Below, one piece after another: positions 25,205 to 32,000 of a stretch of 32,000 nucleotides of DNA. The DNA is from Opitutales bacterium (lineage in GTDB: Bacteria > Verrucomicrobiota > Verrucomicrobiia > Opitutales > UBA9783). Under the pieces are notes generated by a model, which worked only from the letters and a program-made list of their open reading frames with translations, had not been told where the DNA came from and did not search any database. How positions within the stretch are numbered: position 1 is the first letter of the stretch; each line of letters starts with the position of its first letter. Location: contig JBKSMP010000006.1 of the NCBI GenBank assembly GCA_046881885.1, positions 1 through 32,000 on the forward strand, given 5' to 3'. Made by a program: the position numbers and the translations under genes.

Positions 25205-27064
25205 ATGCGATTGCGAAAATTTAGTTTATGTAAGCTTTTGGGGCTTTTTTTAGCGATACTCATAAGTCAATCTGTTGTAGCCTATGTGCCTGCAAGTTTA
25301 ATGGATGGTAATACCCAAAAGTACACGATAGGTATGATAGATTCGGGTGAGTTTTGTTATCCCTATTGGATGGATACAACAATGGCAAGCAATTATGGTT
25401 CTGAAGCTGCTGTACGTGAATCATTTGCACCTAGTGCTATGGTTGATGATAATGGCAATTTATATGCGATTTCGCTTTGGGGATTTGGTAATACTAATGG
25501 TCCTTATTTTGCAATTCATAAATATGTCGATGGTTCACTATCTAAAAGAATTACTGATTTTTATCCATGGACGAAAATTCCTGGTGTAACACCGCAGTGT
25601 TCAGAAGTACCGAAATTTGATCATAATATAATTGAAGCCTTAAGTGTAGAGGCAGAAAAGGAAATGTTTAAAAGATATATCCATAATGCCTTTATGCCAT
25701 GTTTGGCACAAGAAATAGATGGCGGTTCGGAGTGGCTTTATGGATTTGTTTACATTCCAACAACCCGACTTATGAACATAAAAGTTACAACAGATGACTA
25801 CGAGTATGCAGAAGAGGGAGGTACGGAAGGCATGCTTTTCTTTAAAATTAAAAAAGATGGTTTGTCAGAATTAAAAACAACGTATACACCTCAAAAAGTT
25901 TGTAGATATTTTCAATATGATCATTTATTTCCTAGGATAATCAAACATGGAAATACTGAAGGAGGATTCCAACCACATTCTGGAAATTTTAAGGCTTGTT
26001 ATAATTCAGGAAATAGAACTATACATTTGTATCATTCTGCAAATTTAGATGGGTACTTAACAAATTCTCCTGATTTTTGCCGTTCCATTTTTGATGAAGA
26101 CGGAAAATATCAAGGTACTTCAAATGATAAAAATAGTACTTTAGATGAAGGAATCTTTAATCTCGTTTTACCGCCCAAATTCGTGAAATCTGGTGATTAT
26201 CTTTATTTTATGTGTATTAAAGATGGATATGTTCCGATGCTTTTTATGCAATCCATTACAAGTAATGAAATTTATTTAAAAATTAAATATTTGTGGAGCT
26301 TAATATACTTAGATGGTTCAGCTGGATATGGTACAGGAGGGTGGACTTTTTCTCGTTATGATTATGATTTTTTAGTTTTGGATGCAGGAGACAAGAAAAA
26401 CAAAATTTGGTGTGTTTTATGTTTTCAAGGACAAAATGAGCATTCAGGGCTTAGTGAAACACAGGGTTGGTCTAATACGTATTGTAATTTCCCTTGTGGC
26501 AACGCATCGCTTCTTTTATGGTCGTTCCCAATAACGAATAGTACAGTTGGTTACACAATTGAAGATCCTATACAAAAAGAGCTTGATACTAAATTTGATG
26601 CTATAGGTGGAACAAATGAAAGTAGTTGTACCTATGGAGCTTATGCAGAATATGTCCAAAATGTCATTTATACAACAGAATGTGGATCCACTAGCGCAGT
26701 GAGCCCCAACCAATCAGGTGATGAGAGTAAAAGATTATATTTAAATACTCAAAAAATATGTACCTACAAAAACTATATTATTTATGCGTATTGTTATCCA
26801 GGGAAAACGGGTAAAGGTAATCATTTATATATCGGTTATGCCCCCTATGTTATTACGTCAAATGTTCAGCTTCGTTTGTTAACCAAAACAGAATTTAAAG
26901 ATGCAGATGGTAACAGTTTTATTACAGATTGTTCTCGAATCGTCTCTCTCGATTGCAAGAATGGCCATGTTTGGCTTACGTATATGGCTAAAAATGATTC
27001 TGGTGTCGAAAATGCTTGCTATAAATATTTCTACATTAAGGCTTCTGATCTTGTAGGAGAATAG
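25205..27064 (+). CDS. secreted Cys/Tyr/Gly-rich orphan protein (619 aa), unknown function
   Basis: Signal-like MRLRKFSLCKLLGLFLAILISQSVVA. I counted 19 Cys, and Y/W/G/N are abundant. No family recognised. It is AT-rich. Confidence 0.75.
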   Translation: MRLRKFSLCKLLGLFLAILISQSVVAYVPASLMDGNTQKYTIGMIDSGEFCYPYWMDTTMASNYGSEAAVRESFAPSAMVDDNGNLYAISLWGFGNTNGPYFAIHKYVDGSLSKRITDFYPWTKIPGVTPQCSEVPKFDHNIIEALSVEAEKEMFKRYIHNAFMPCLAQEIDGGSEWLYGFVYIPTTRLMNIKVTTDDYEYAEEGGTEGMLFFKIKKDGLSELKTTYTPQKVCRYFQYDHLFPRIIKHGNTEGGFQPHSGNFKACYNSGNRTIHLYHSANLDGYLTNSPDFCRSIFDEDGKYQGTSNDKNSTLDEGIFNLVLPPKFVKSGDYLYFMCIKDGYVPMLFMQSITSNEIYLKIKYLWSLIYLDGSAGYGTGGWTFSRYDYDFLVLDAGDKKNKIWCVLCFQGQNEHSGLSETQGWSNTYCNFPCGNASLLLWSFPITNSTVGYTIEDPIQKELDTKFDAIGGTNESSCTYGAYAEYVQNVIYTTECGSTSAVSPNQSGDESKRLYLNTQKICTYKNYIIYAYCYPGKTGKGNHLYIGYAPYVITSNVQLRLLTKTEFKDADGNSFITDCSRIVSLDCKNGHVWLTYMAKNDSGVENACYKYFYIKASDLVGE

Positions 27065-27378
27065 CTTTAAGTTGAATTTATTTTTTCATTTTTTGTTTGC
27101 AAAGATTTTCGGTTTTTGATATACTTATTGTATGCAAGGAAGTTTGAGAGATAAGAAAGTATGGATAGCTTTAAATAGTTTTGTAAATGAAGCGCGGCTG
27201 TACCGGTTAAATTATAAAAAGGGAATGGCAATGTGTTTAACGGTTTTGAAGCCCTTATGGTATTTGGGAAAAGATTTCAGAACATTTCTAAATACCCAAA
27301 AATTTTGCTTGAAGTCTATAGTAAAATACGATCTAATAATCAGCACGGTAGGATGCCGATTGGTAATTACTGGAGAGC

Positions 27379-29823
27379 ATGAAGCAATTAATTATAGCTG
27401 AAAAGCCAAGTGTTGCTAAAGATTTAGCAAAAGCCTTAGGCTCTTTTAAACAAACCAAAGATGGTTGTTTTGAGAGAGAAGATGCGATTATTACGTCTGC
27501 TTTAGGGCATTTGGTTGAGTTGTTCATGCCGGAAGATTTCGATACGAAATATAAGTATTGGTCTTTAAAGAATTTACCTATATTACCGGAAAAATTTCAG
27601 TTAAAGCCGATAGAAAAGTCCGTAGAACGCTTTAATCTTTTGAAAAAATTGATGCATCGTAAGGAAATTGACTGTGTTGTCAATGCTTGTGATGCGGGGC
27701 GTGAAGGAGAACTGATTTTTTCGTATTTGTGCGAGTTGGCAAATTGTAAAAAACCTAAGTTGCGTTTATGGCTCTCTTCTATGACGCCTGAAGCTATTCG
27801 TGAGGCTTTTGAGCATTTGCGAAGCGAAGAAAGTATGCATGCGCTTGAAGCTGCAGCACGGTGCCGTTCCGAGGCCGACTGGCTTGTTGGAATTAATGGT
27901 ACGCGTGCTGTTACAGGACGTATGTTGGGTAATCGCCGAAAGGAAGTTGCATCGGTAGGACGTGTTCAAACCCCTACCCTCGCTTTGGTTTGTGAACGCG
28001 AACGACTTATTTCGGAATTTCAGCCGGTACCGTTTTGGAATATCATAGGAAATTTCCAAATTACCCAAGGAAGCTATCCAGGTTTGCTACAACGTCCAAA
28101 CTTCAAAAAGCAAAATGATGATGATCGTAGTGATCGATTTTGGACTGAAAATGAGGTACAGCAGCTATTACAACAGTTGCAAGCTCTTCAAAATCATACC
28201 TGGAAGGTCGAAGAAACTACGAAGAAAACAAAGCAATCGGCGCCGCGTTTATTCGATTTAACATCGCTTCAGCGTGAATGTAATCAGCGTTTTGGGTATT
28301 CTGCAAAATTTACTTTGGATAAGGCACAAGCGCTTTATGAAAAGCATAAAGTATTGACCTATCCACGTACCGATTCTCGTGCTTTGCCAGAAGATTATGC
28401 GTCAACCTGCATTGCTACTCTTAAGCAATTGGGTGAGCCTTATAAGGTTTTTGCTGAAAAAATCGTAGCCAATCAATGGGTTAATCCATCTCAAAAGCTT
28501 ATTTTTAATAACAAAGCCATTTCGGATCACTTTGCTATTATTCCTACGGGAACTGTATCGAATAAATTGAATGAAAGCGAAGCTAAGGTCTACGATTTGG
28601 TGGTTAGACGGTTTTTGTCTGTGTTTTTTCCAGCTGCAGAATTTGCAGTTACAACACGACTAACAAGCTGTGAATCGTTTACGTTTAAGACCGAAGGTAA
28701 AGTGTTAACGTCTCCTGGATGGTTGGAAATTACACGAAAAACAGATGCTAAAGAAGGACTTCCAGCGCTTTTATCTGAAGATAATTTTTCTGCAAAAGCT
28801 TTGCCATTTGAATTAAAATCGGACGAAACACGTCCTCCGGCACGGTTTACGGAAGCAACCTTATTGGCCAGCATGGAGCGCGCAGGTCAATTCGTAGAGG
28901 CCGATGAGTTGGCTGAAGCTATGAAAGGTAAGGGGTTAGGAACACCTGCAACACGTGCGCAAATTATTGAAAACTTGATCGGCACCAAATACCTTGAGCG
29001 TCAAGAAAAAGAGTTAATTCCGACGCCAAAGGCCGAACAACTTCTTGATTTTCTTAAAGCGGTTAATGCGCAAGAATTGGCAAGTCCAGCGTTAACAGGC
29101 GAATGGGAATATCAGTTACACTTAATTCAAAATGGTCAACTTAGCAGAACACAATTTATGGCAGATATTCGTTTAATGTCCTCTAAAATTGTAGAGAGTA
29201 TTCTTGCTTTTAAGGATAGCGACGAAACACAAGTTCCTACTAAAATTATATCCCCCAGTGATGGTCAATTTATGGTGGAAACCTTTCGTTGCTTTAAATC
29301 CCAGGATGGGAAAATAGCTATTTATAAAGTCATTGGTAACCGTAAAATGAGCGAGGAAGAAATTGCTGAGCTTATTGAAAAAAGGCATATTGGGCCCTTG
29401 GAAGGTTTTAAGTCTAGATTTGGGAAACCCTATATTGCCTCTTTGGAATTGACCGATGATTATCAAGTAAAATTTAATTTTGGACCTAAGGTAGAGGCTA
29501 TTGTACCTTTAGAAGATTTGCAAAAAAATCCTTGTGTGGGTGAATGTCCTCTTTGTAAAGGAAAGGTTTATGCTACTAATACGGCATTTATTTGCGAAAA
29601 CGGTCAAACTGAAACCAAATGTACGTTCCGAGTTGCGCGTATTTTGCTGAATCGCATGATCCCTGATGAAGAATTTCAGCGTTTGTTAAAAACAGGTAAA
29701 ACAAGTATTTTGGATAAATTTAAGTCTAAACGTACTGGAAAATTATTTTCAGCACAACTTATTTTGAAGGAAGATGGTAGCATCGGCTTCGAGTTCAAAA
29801 AAGCACCGATGAAATTAAGCTGA
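27379..29823 (+). CDS. topB: type IA DNA topoisomerase, Topo III-like
   Basis: Toprim N-terminus MKQLIIAEKPSVAKDLAKALG (Topo III style), DAGREGE, active-site tyrosine region LTYPRTDSRALP, GLGTPATRAQIIE. The C-terminal Cys-containing module is CPLCKGKVYATNTAFICEN...CTFRV. Confidence 0.85.
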   Translation: MKQLIIAEKPSVAKDLAKALGSFKQTKDGCFEREDAIITSALGHLVELFMPEDFDTKYKYWSLKNLPILPEKFQLKPIEKSVERFNLLKKLMHRKEIDCVVNACDAGREGELIFSYLCELANCKKPKLRLWLSSMTPEAIREAFEHLRSEESMHALEAAARCRSEADWLVGINGTRAVTGRMLGNRRKEVASVGRVQTPTLALVCERERLISEFQPVPFWNIIGNFQITQGSYPGLLQRPNFKKQNDDDRSDRFWTENEVQQLLQQLQALQNHTWKVEETTKKTKQSAPRLFDLTSLQRECNQRFGYSAKFTLDKAQALYEKHKVLTYPRTDSRALPEDYASTCIATLKQLGEPYKVFAEKIVANQWVNPSQKLIFNNKAISDHFAIIPTGTVSNKLNESEAKVYDLVVRRFLSVFFPAAEFAVTTRLTSCESFTFKTEGKVLTSPGWLEITRKTDAKEGLPALLSEDNFSAKALPFELKSDETRPPARFTEATLLASMERAGQFVEADELAEAMKGKGLGTPATRAQIIENLIGTKYLERQEKELIPTPKAEQLLDFLKAVNAQELASPALTGEWEYQLHLIQNGQLSRTQFMADIRLMSSKIVESILAFKDSDETQVPTKIISPSDGQFMVETFRCFKSQDGKIAIYKVIGNRKMSEEEIAELIEKRHIGPLEGFKSRFGKPYIASLELTDDYQVKFNFGPKVEAIVPLEDLQKNPCVGECPLCKGKVYATNTAFICENGQTETKCTFRVARILLNRMIPDEEFQRLLKTGKTSILDKFKSKRTGKLFSAQLILKEDGSIGFEFKKAPMKLS

Positions 29824-29880
29824 GGTTTTGTGGGATTTTAGGAGATGTTTTGTAAACTAAGTAATAATTTTACAAAAGTA

Positions 29881-29909
29881 TTGACAGGGAGCGAGATTTG
29901 TAGTCTTAT
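29881..29909 (+). promoter_or_regulatory. promoter candidate for the tRNA-Ala/tRNA-Leu (and possibly infA) unit
   Basis: TTGACA (29881-29886), a 17-nt spacer, then TCTTAT (29904-29909), 13 nt upstream of tRNA-Ala. Confidence 0.3.
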
Positions 29910-29922
29910 TAGTTGAAACGAT

Positions 29923-29998
29923 GGGGTTGTAGCTCAGTTGGAAGAGCATCACAATGGCATTGTGGGGGTCGTCGGTTCGAACCCGATCAACTCCACCA
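29923..29998 (+). tRNA. tRNA-Ala (anticodon GGC), CCA encoded
   Basis: Acceptor GGGGUUG/CAACUCC, including the G3:U70 alanine identity pair. Anticodon loop AUGGCAU. T arm GUCGG-UUCGAAC-CCGAU. A-CCA end. Confidence 0.95.
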
Positions 29999-30014
29999 TT
30001 GATTTTGAACCTAC

Positions 30015-30100
30015 GCTGAAGTGGTGAAATGGCAGACACGCATGATTCAGGTTCATGTGCCCGCAGGGGCATGGGGGTTCAAGTCCCCCTTTCAGCACCA
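30015..30100 (+). tRNA. tRNA-Leu (anticodon CAG), class II with long variable arm, CCA encoded
   Basis: Acceptor GCUGAAG/UUUCAGC. Anticodon stem CAUGA/UCAUG with loop UUCAGGU. Variable arm GUGCCCGCAGGGGCAU. T arm GGGGG-UUCAAGU-CCCCC. Confidence 0.95.
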
Positions 30101-30155
30101 TTTTAAGCTTGACTTTAGGAGTTTTTTTCGAAACTCTGTTACATATTAAGAATAC

Positions 30156-30428
30156 ATGCAAGAAGCTATAGAAGTAGAAGGAACCGTTGTAACCGTTTTG
30201 CCTGGAACGACTTTTCGCGTTCGGCTCGATAATAATCACGAATTATTGGCCCATATCTCTGGAAAACTAAGAAAAAATTTTATAAAAATTGGTGTTGGAG
30301 ATCGTGTAAAAATGGAAATGAGTCCTTACGACTTTACGCAAGCCCGCATCTGTTATCGCCTCAAGCAAACACAAAACCAGCCTGCCAATCCCCCCAAACG
30401 CAGTTTCGGTCCTCGCCGTAATGGCTAA
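30156..30428 (+). CDS. infA: translation initiation factor IF-1 with a ~20-aa C-terminal extension
   Basis: S1-like core [66 protein letters not shown], followed by [20 protein letters not shown]. Confidence 0.9.
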   Translation: MQEAIEVEGTVVTVLPGTTFRVRLDNNHELLAHISGKLRKNFIKIGVGDRVKMEMSPYDFTQARICYRLKQTQNQPANPPKRSFGPRRNG

Positions 30429-30437
30429 TTACAAAAT

Positions 30438-30992
30438 TTATAAAAACGTACAAGAGGTTTTTGTAGGTTGATGTTGTGGAACATCTACAGGTTTTGATGA
30501 TTGTTGTGAGGTATCCTGACGTGAGGCTCGTATTTTACGAATAAGTTCGTAATAATCCAAACTAGCTAGAAAATTATGTTCTTCTTCGGTTAGGCCAAAT
30601 TGAGTCATTGAACGATTAATAATATTGATTAAAATATTAAAATGTTCTAAGGCACAAATAAAACTATTTATGATCAAATTTTCTTCTGTTTCAGGAAAGG
30701 ATAAATTCTTTAATAGATTCATTCGATAAAAAATTAAATAAGTATCGTAAATATCTCGATCTCCGTGGTGAAGATACTGATGTAGCCCATAAATTTTATT
30801 TTCTAAAATTTTATTTTTGAATACATTTAAATCAGAACCATCCCGTAATAAAACATTTTCACACAATTCACATATTCTTAAAAGGTCATCATCTTCTAAA
30901 AGATCACTTAACCGAGTTGCATAAGAAAAGGTTACCATTCCAACACAATACCAACCAAAATAATATAAGAATTTAATAAATCTGTCAAACAT
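30438..30992 (-). CDS. orphan 184-aa protein with an N-terminal hydrophobic segment and a C-terminal CTFL (CaaX-like) tetrapeptide
   Basis: MFDRFIKFLYYFGWYCVGMVTFSYA..., a helical middle, a polar tail ...SRQDTSQQSSKPVDVPQHQPTKTSCTFL*. It is very AT-rich. It is convergent with infA, with 9 nt between the stops. Confidence 0.65.
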   Translation of the reverse strand: MFDRFIKFLYYFGWYCVGMVTFSYATRLSDLLEDDDLLRICELCENVLLRDGSDLNVFKNKILENKIYGLHQYLHHGDRDIYDTYLIFYRMNLLKNLSFPETEENLIINSFICALEHFNILINIINRSMTQFGLTEEEHNFLASLDYYELIRKIRASRQDTSQQSSKPVDVPQHQPTKTSCTFL

Positions 30993-30999
30993 TTGCCTT

Positions 31000-31027
31000 T
31001 ACTATGGTAGATAGTTAAGTTTTGTCA
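31000..31027 (-). promoter_or_regulatory. promoter candidate for the 30438..30992 gene
   Basis: On the minus strand, TTGACA (31027-31022), a 16-nt spacer, then CATAGT (31005-31000), leaving a very short leader (AAAGGCAAA-ATG). Confidence 0.35.
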
Positions 31028-31342
31028 ATAAGGATCGATGGTGCTTTTGTTTTTTGTATTTTTTAAAATTAAGGAACATTATGTGTTTTAGGATTTTTGG
31101 GAAACGTCTTCCATTTCGGCTCCTTCAGTGGGGCCCAACAGTACTAGTTTTTCCAGTACTGATAATACAGTTACATCATTGACAGAAAACTTGAAAAATA
31201 TTTTTAGAGATGTGTTTGTACTGCATTTTCATCTTTTACGTTATCTGAAAATGCTAGCTTCACATCTCTCTCCGCTTTTCGCAACTTTTTGCTTCCTGTG
31301 TTTCACTTCAAACTTGAACTTTCCCCTACTTCCAATTTTTTA

Positions 31343-31371
31343 TTGCTAAATTACTACAAAAAGTTTAAAAT
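31343..31371 (+). promoter_or_regulatory. promoter candidate for the right-edge ORF, implying a leaderless or near-leaderless mRNA
   Basis: TTGCTA (31343-31348), a 17-nt spacer, then TAAAAT (31366-31371), with only 6 nt before the ATG at 31378. Confidence 0.35.
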
Positions 31372-31377
31372 AAAAGA

Positions 31378-32000
31378 ATGACATCAATCAATGTACAAGG
31401 CCAAGCACCACTCCAATCTTTACCTCAAACAAACACTCTAAACCCAAATAGACCTGATAATCCGGTTACTCAAACCCAAAGTTCCCTAACACCCATATCA
31501 TCAGCTCAAAATCAACCATCTTCCATACAGCAAACCCCAAATTTAGAACAAGCAAGGCCAGCAACTGGTATACAAGCAGAAGCTAAACGATCAAAACCCA
31601 TTCAGGAAAATGATTCAACAAACAAAGGTACCGTTACTATTACTGAACAAATTTCTTCAGGTCGACATCCGCATTTAGATGAAACCACTAATAAATCGGT
31701 TCAAGACTATTTCAATACTAAAAAAACTGATAAAAAAGAAGATGTCGATACCCTTATATCTAATCTGAAAGATATGGATATTATTGATGACGATGGTAAT
31801 ATTAATTTTGGAAATTTAAATCCAAACTCTAAAGAAGATTCAAGATTTGTTAGTGACTTGAAAAAATTAGCAGCTAAAGCTGGCATTAAAGGTAAAATAT
31901 TCAAAAATGAAGAAGGACAATTTGACTTTGAAATTACAGGAAAATGTAGTGAGGAAGCTAAAACATGCATGAAAGCCCTTAAAGAAAAGCTAAATGATAT
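31378..32000 (+). CDS. hypothetical protein, N-terminal part (continues past the right edge); absent from the supplied ORF track
   Basis: Hand translation gives MTSINVQGQAPLQSLPQTNTLNPNRPDNPVTQTQSSLTPISSAQNQPSSIQQTPNLEQARPATGIQAEAKRSKP...KCSEEAKTCMKALKEKLND, with no stop before the window end. Track ORF 31707..31970 (-) is its antisense shadow. Confidence 0.6.
   Translation, partial: MTSINVQGQAPLQSLPQTNTLNPNRPDNPVTQTQSSLTPISSAQNQPSSIQQTPNLEQARPATGIQAEAKRSKPIQENDSTNKGTVTITEQISSGRHPHLDETTNKSVQDYFNTKKTDKKEDVDTLISNLKDMDIIDDDGNINFGNLNPNSKEDSRFVSDLKKLAAKAGIKGKIFKNEEGQFDFEITGKCSEEAKTCMKALKEKLND

Noticed and set aside
27132-27401. 89-aa ORF upstream of and overlapping topB
   Set aside because: It has no recognisable features, overlaps the topoisomerase start by 23 nt in another frame, and lacks any RBS. 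The region is kept only as part of the finding on the non-coding gap upstream of topB.
29848-29877. 9-bp A/T hairpin TTTTGTAAA...TTTACAAAA after topB as a terminator
   Set aside because: The stem is almost pure A/T, the loop is 12 nt and no T-run follows. It is too weak to call. A weak CCACC...GGTGG stem after the OppF-type gene (about 4159-4195) was dismissed for similar reasons.
29857-30239. Two minus-strand ORFs (71 and 96 aa)
   Set aside because: They lie directly across tRNA-Ala, tRNA-Leu and the infA start. The tRNA cloverleaves fold perfectly, so these ORFs are artefacts.
31128-31349. 73-aa GTG-initiated ORF between the divergent orphan genes
   Set aside because: It has a non-ATG start and an implausible hydrophobic Phe/Leu/Cys tail, and it overlaps the predicted promoter of the downstream gene. 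There is no support beyond being open.
1-32000. CRISPR arrays, transposases or IS elements, prophage genes, toxin-antitoxin pairs or known defence-system domains
   Set aside because: I scanned the ORF translations and intergenic DNA. I saw no spaced direct repeats, no DDE/integrase/recombinase-like proteins, and no nuclease, helicase or methylase clusters. Nothing supports such calls.

Overview
The window looks like a low-GC chromosomal backbone from a Gram-negative bacterium, since lipid A/LPS-core genes are present. The taxon cannot be resolved from sequence alone. A host-associated lifestyle is only an inference.

**Backbone.** Housekeeping genes sit in tight, often overlapping operons.
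- Plus strand: an RsuA/RluB-type pseudouridine synthase, a small lipoprotein, folD and an RDD protein.
- Plus strand: an orphan OppF-type ABC ATPase and a CaCA antiporter.
- Plus strand: a polar amino-acid ABC ATPase, a fused binding-protein/permease, psd and a multi-pass transporter, followed by dnaX.
- Minus strand: SulP, tilS, ftsH, def and a fused LpxL-like acyltransferase/GT9 heptosyltransferase.
- Plus strand: a DUF2062-like protein, a Topo III-like topoisomerase and infA.
- There are four tRNA genes, all with encoded CCA: Gly-GCC, Cys-GCA, Ala-GGC and Leu-CAG.

**Accessory genes.** Markedly more AT-rich orphan genes interrupt the backbone. Spot counts on single 60-nt lines gave about 23-32% GC for these genes versus about 37-50% for backbone genes.
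- A signal-peptide BspA-type LRR protein (5344..7236).
- Two further large secreted orphans (13845..15506 and 25205..27064).
- A 184-aa protein ending in a CaaX-like CTFL (30438..30992).
- Two edge-truncated ORFs that the supplied track misses (1..496 minus, 31378..32000 plus).

**Negative results.** I see no CRISPR array, rRNA, transposase, integrase or recognisable defence operon. I could not identify a coherent multi-gene novel system.

**Best lead.** An A9 slippery run lies at the end of a short dnaX. Its -1 frame opens exactly at that run and reads without a stop into the next ORF. This suggests gamma/tau production by slippage with inverted polarity, or a homopolymer sequencing error.

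**Secondary leads.** These are the LpxL-GT9 fusion, the CaaX-like tail, the effector-like low-complexity ORF at the right edge, and the orphan secreted proteins.
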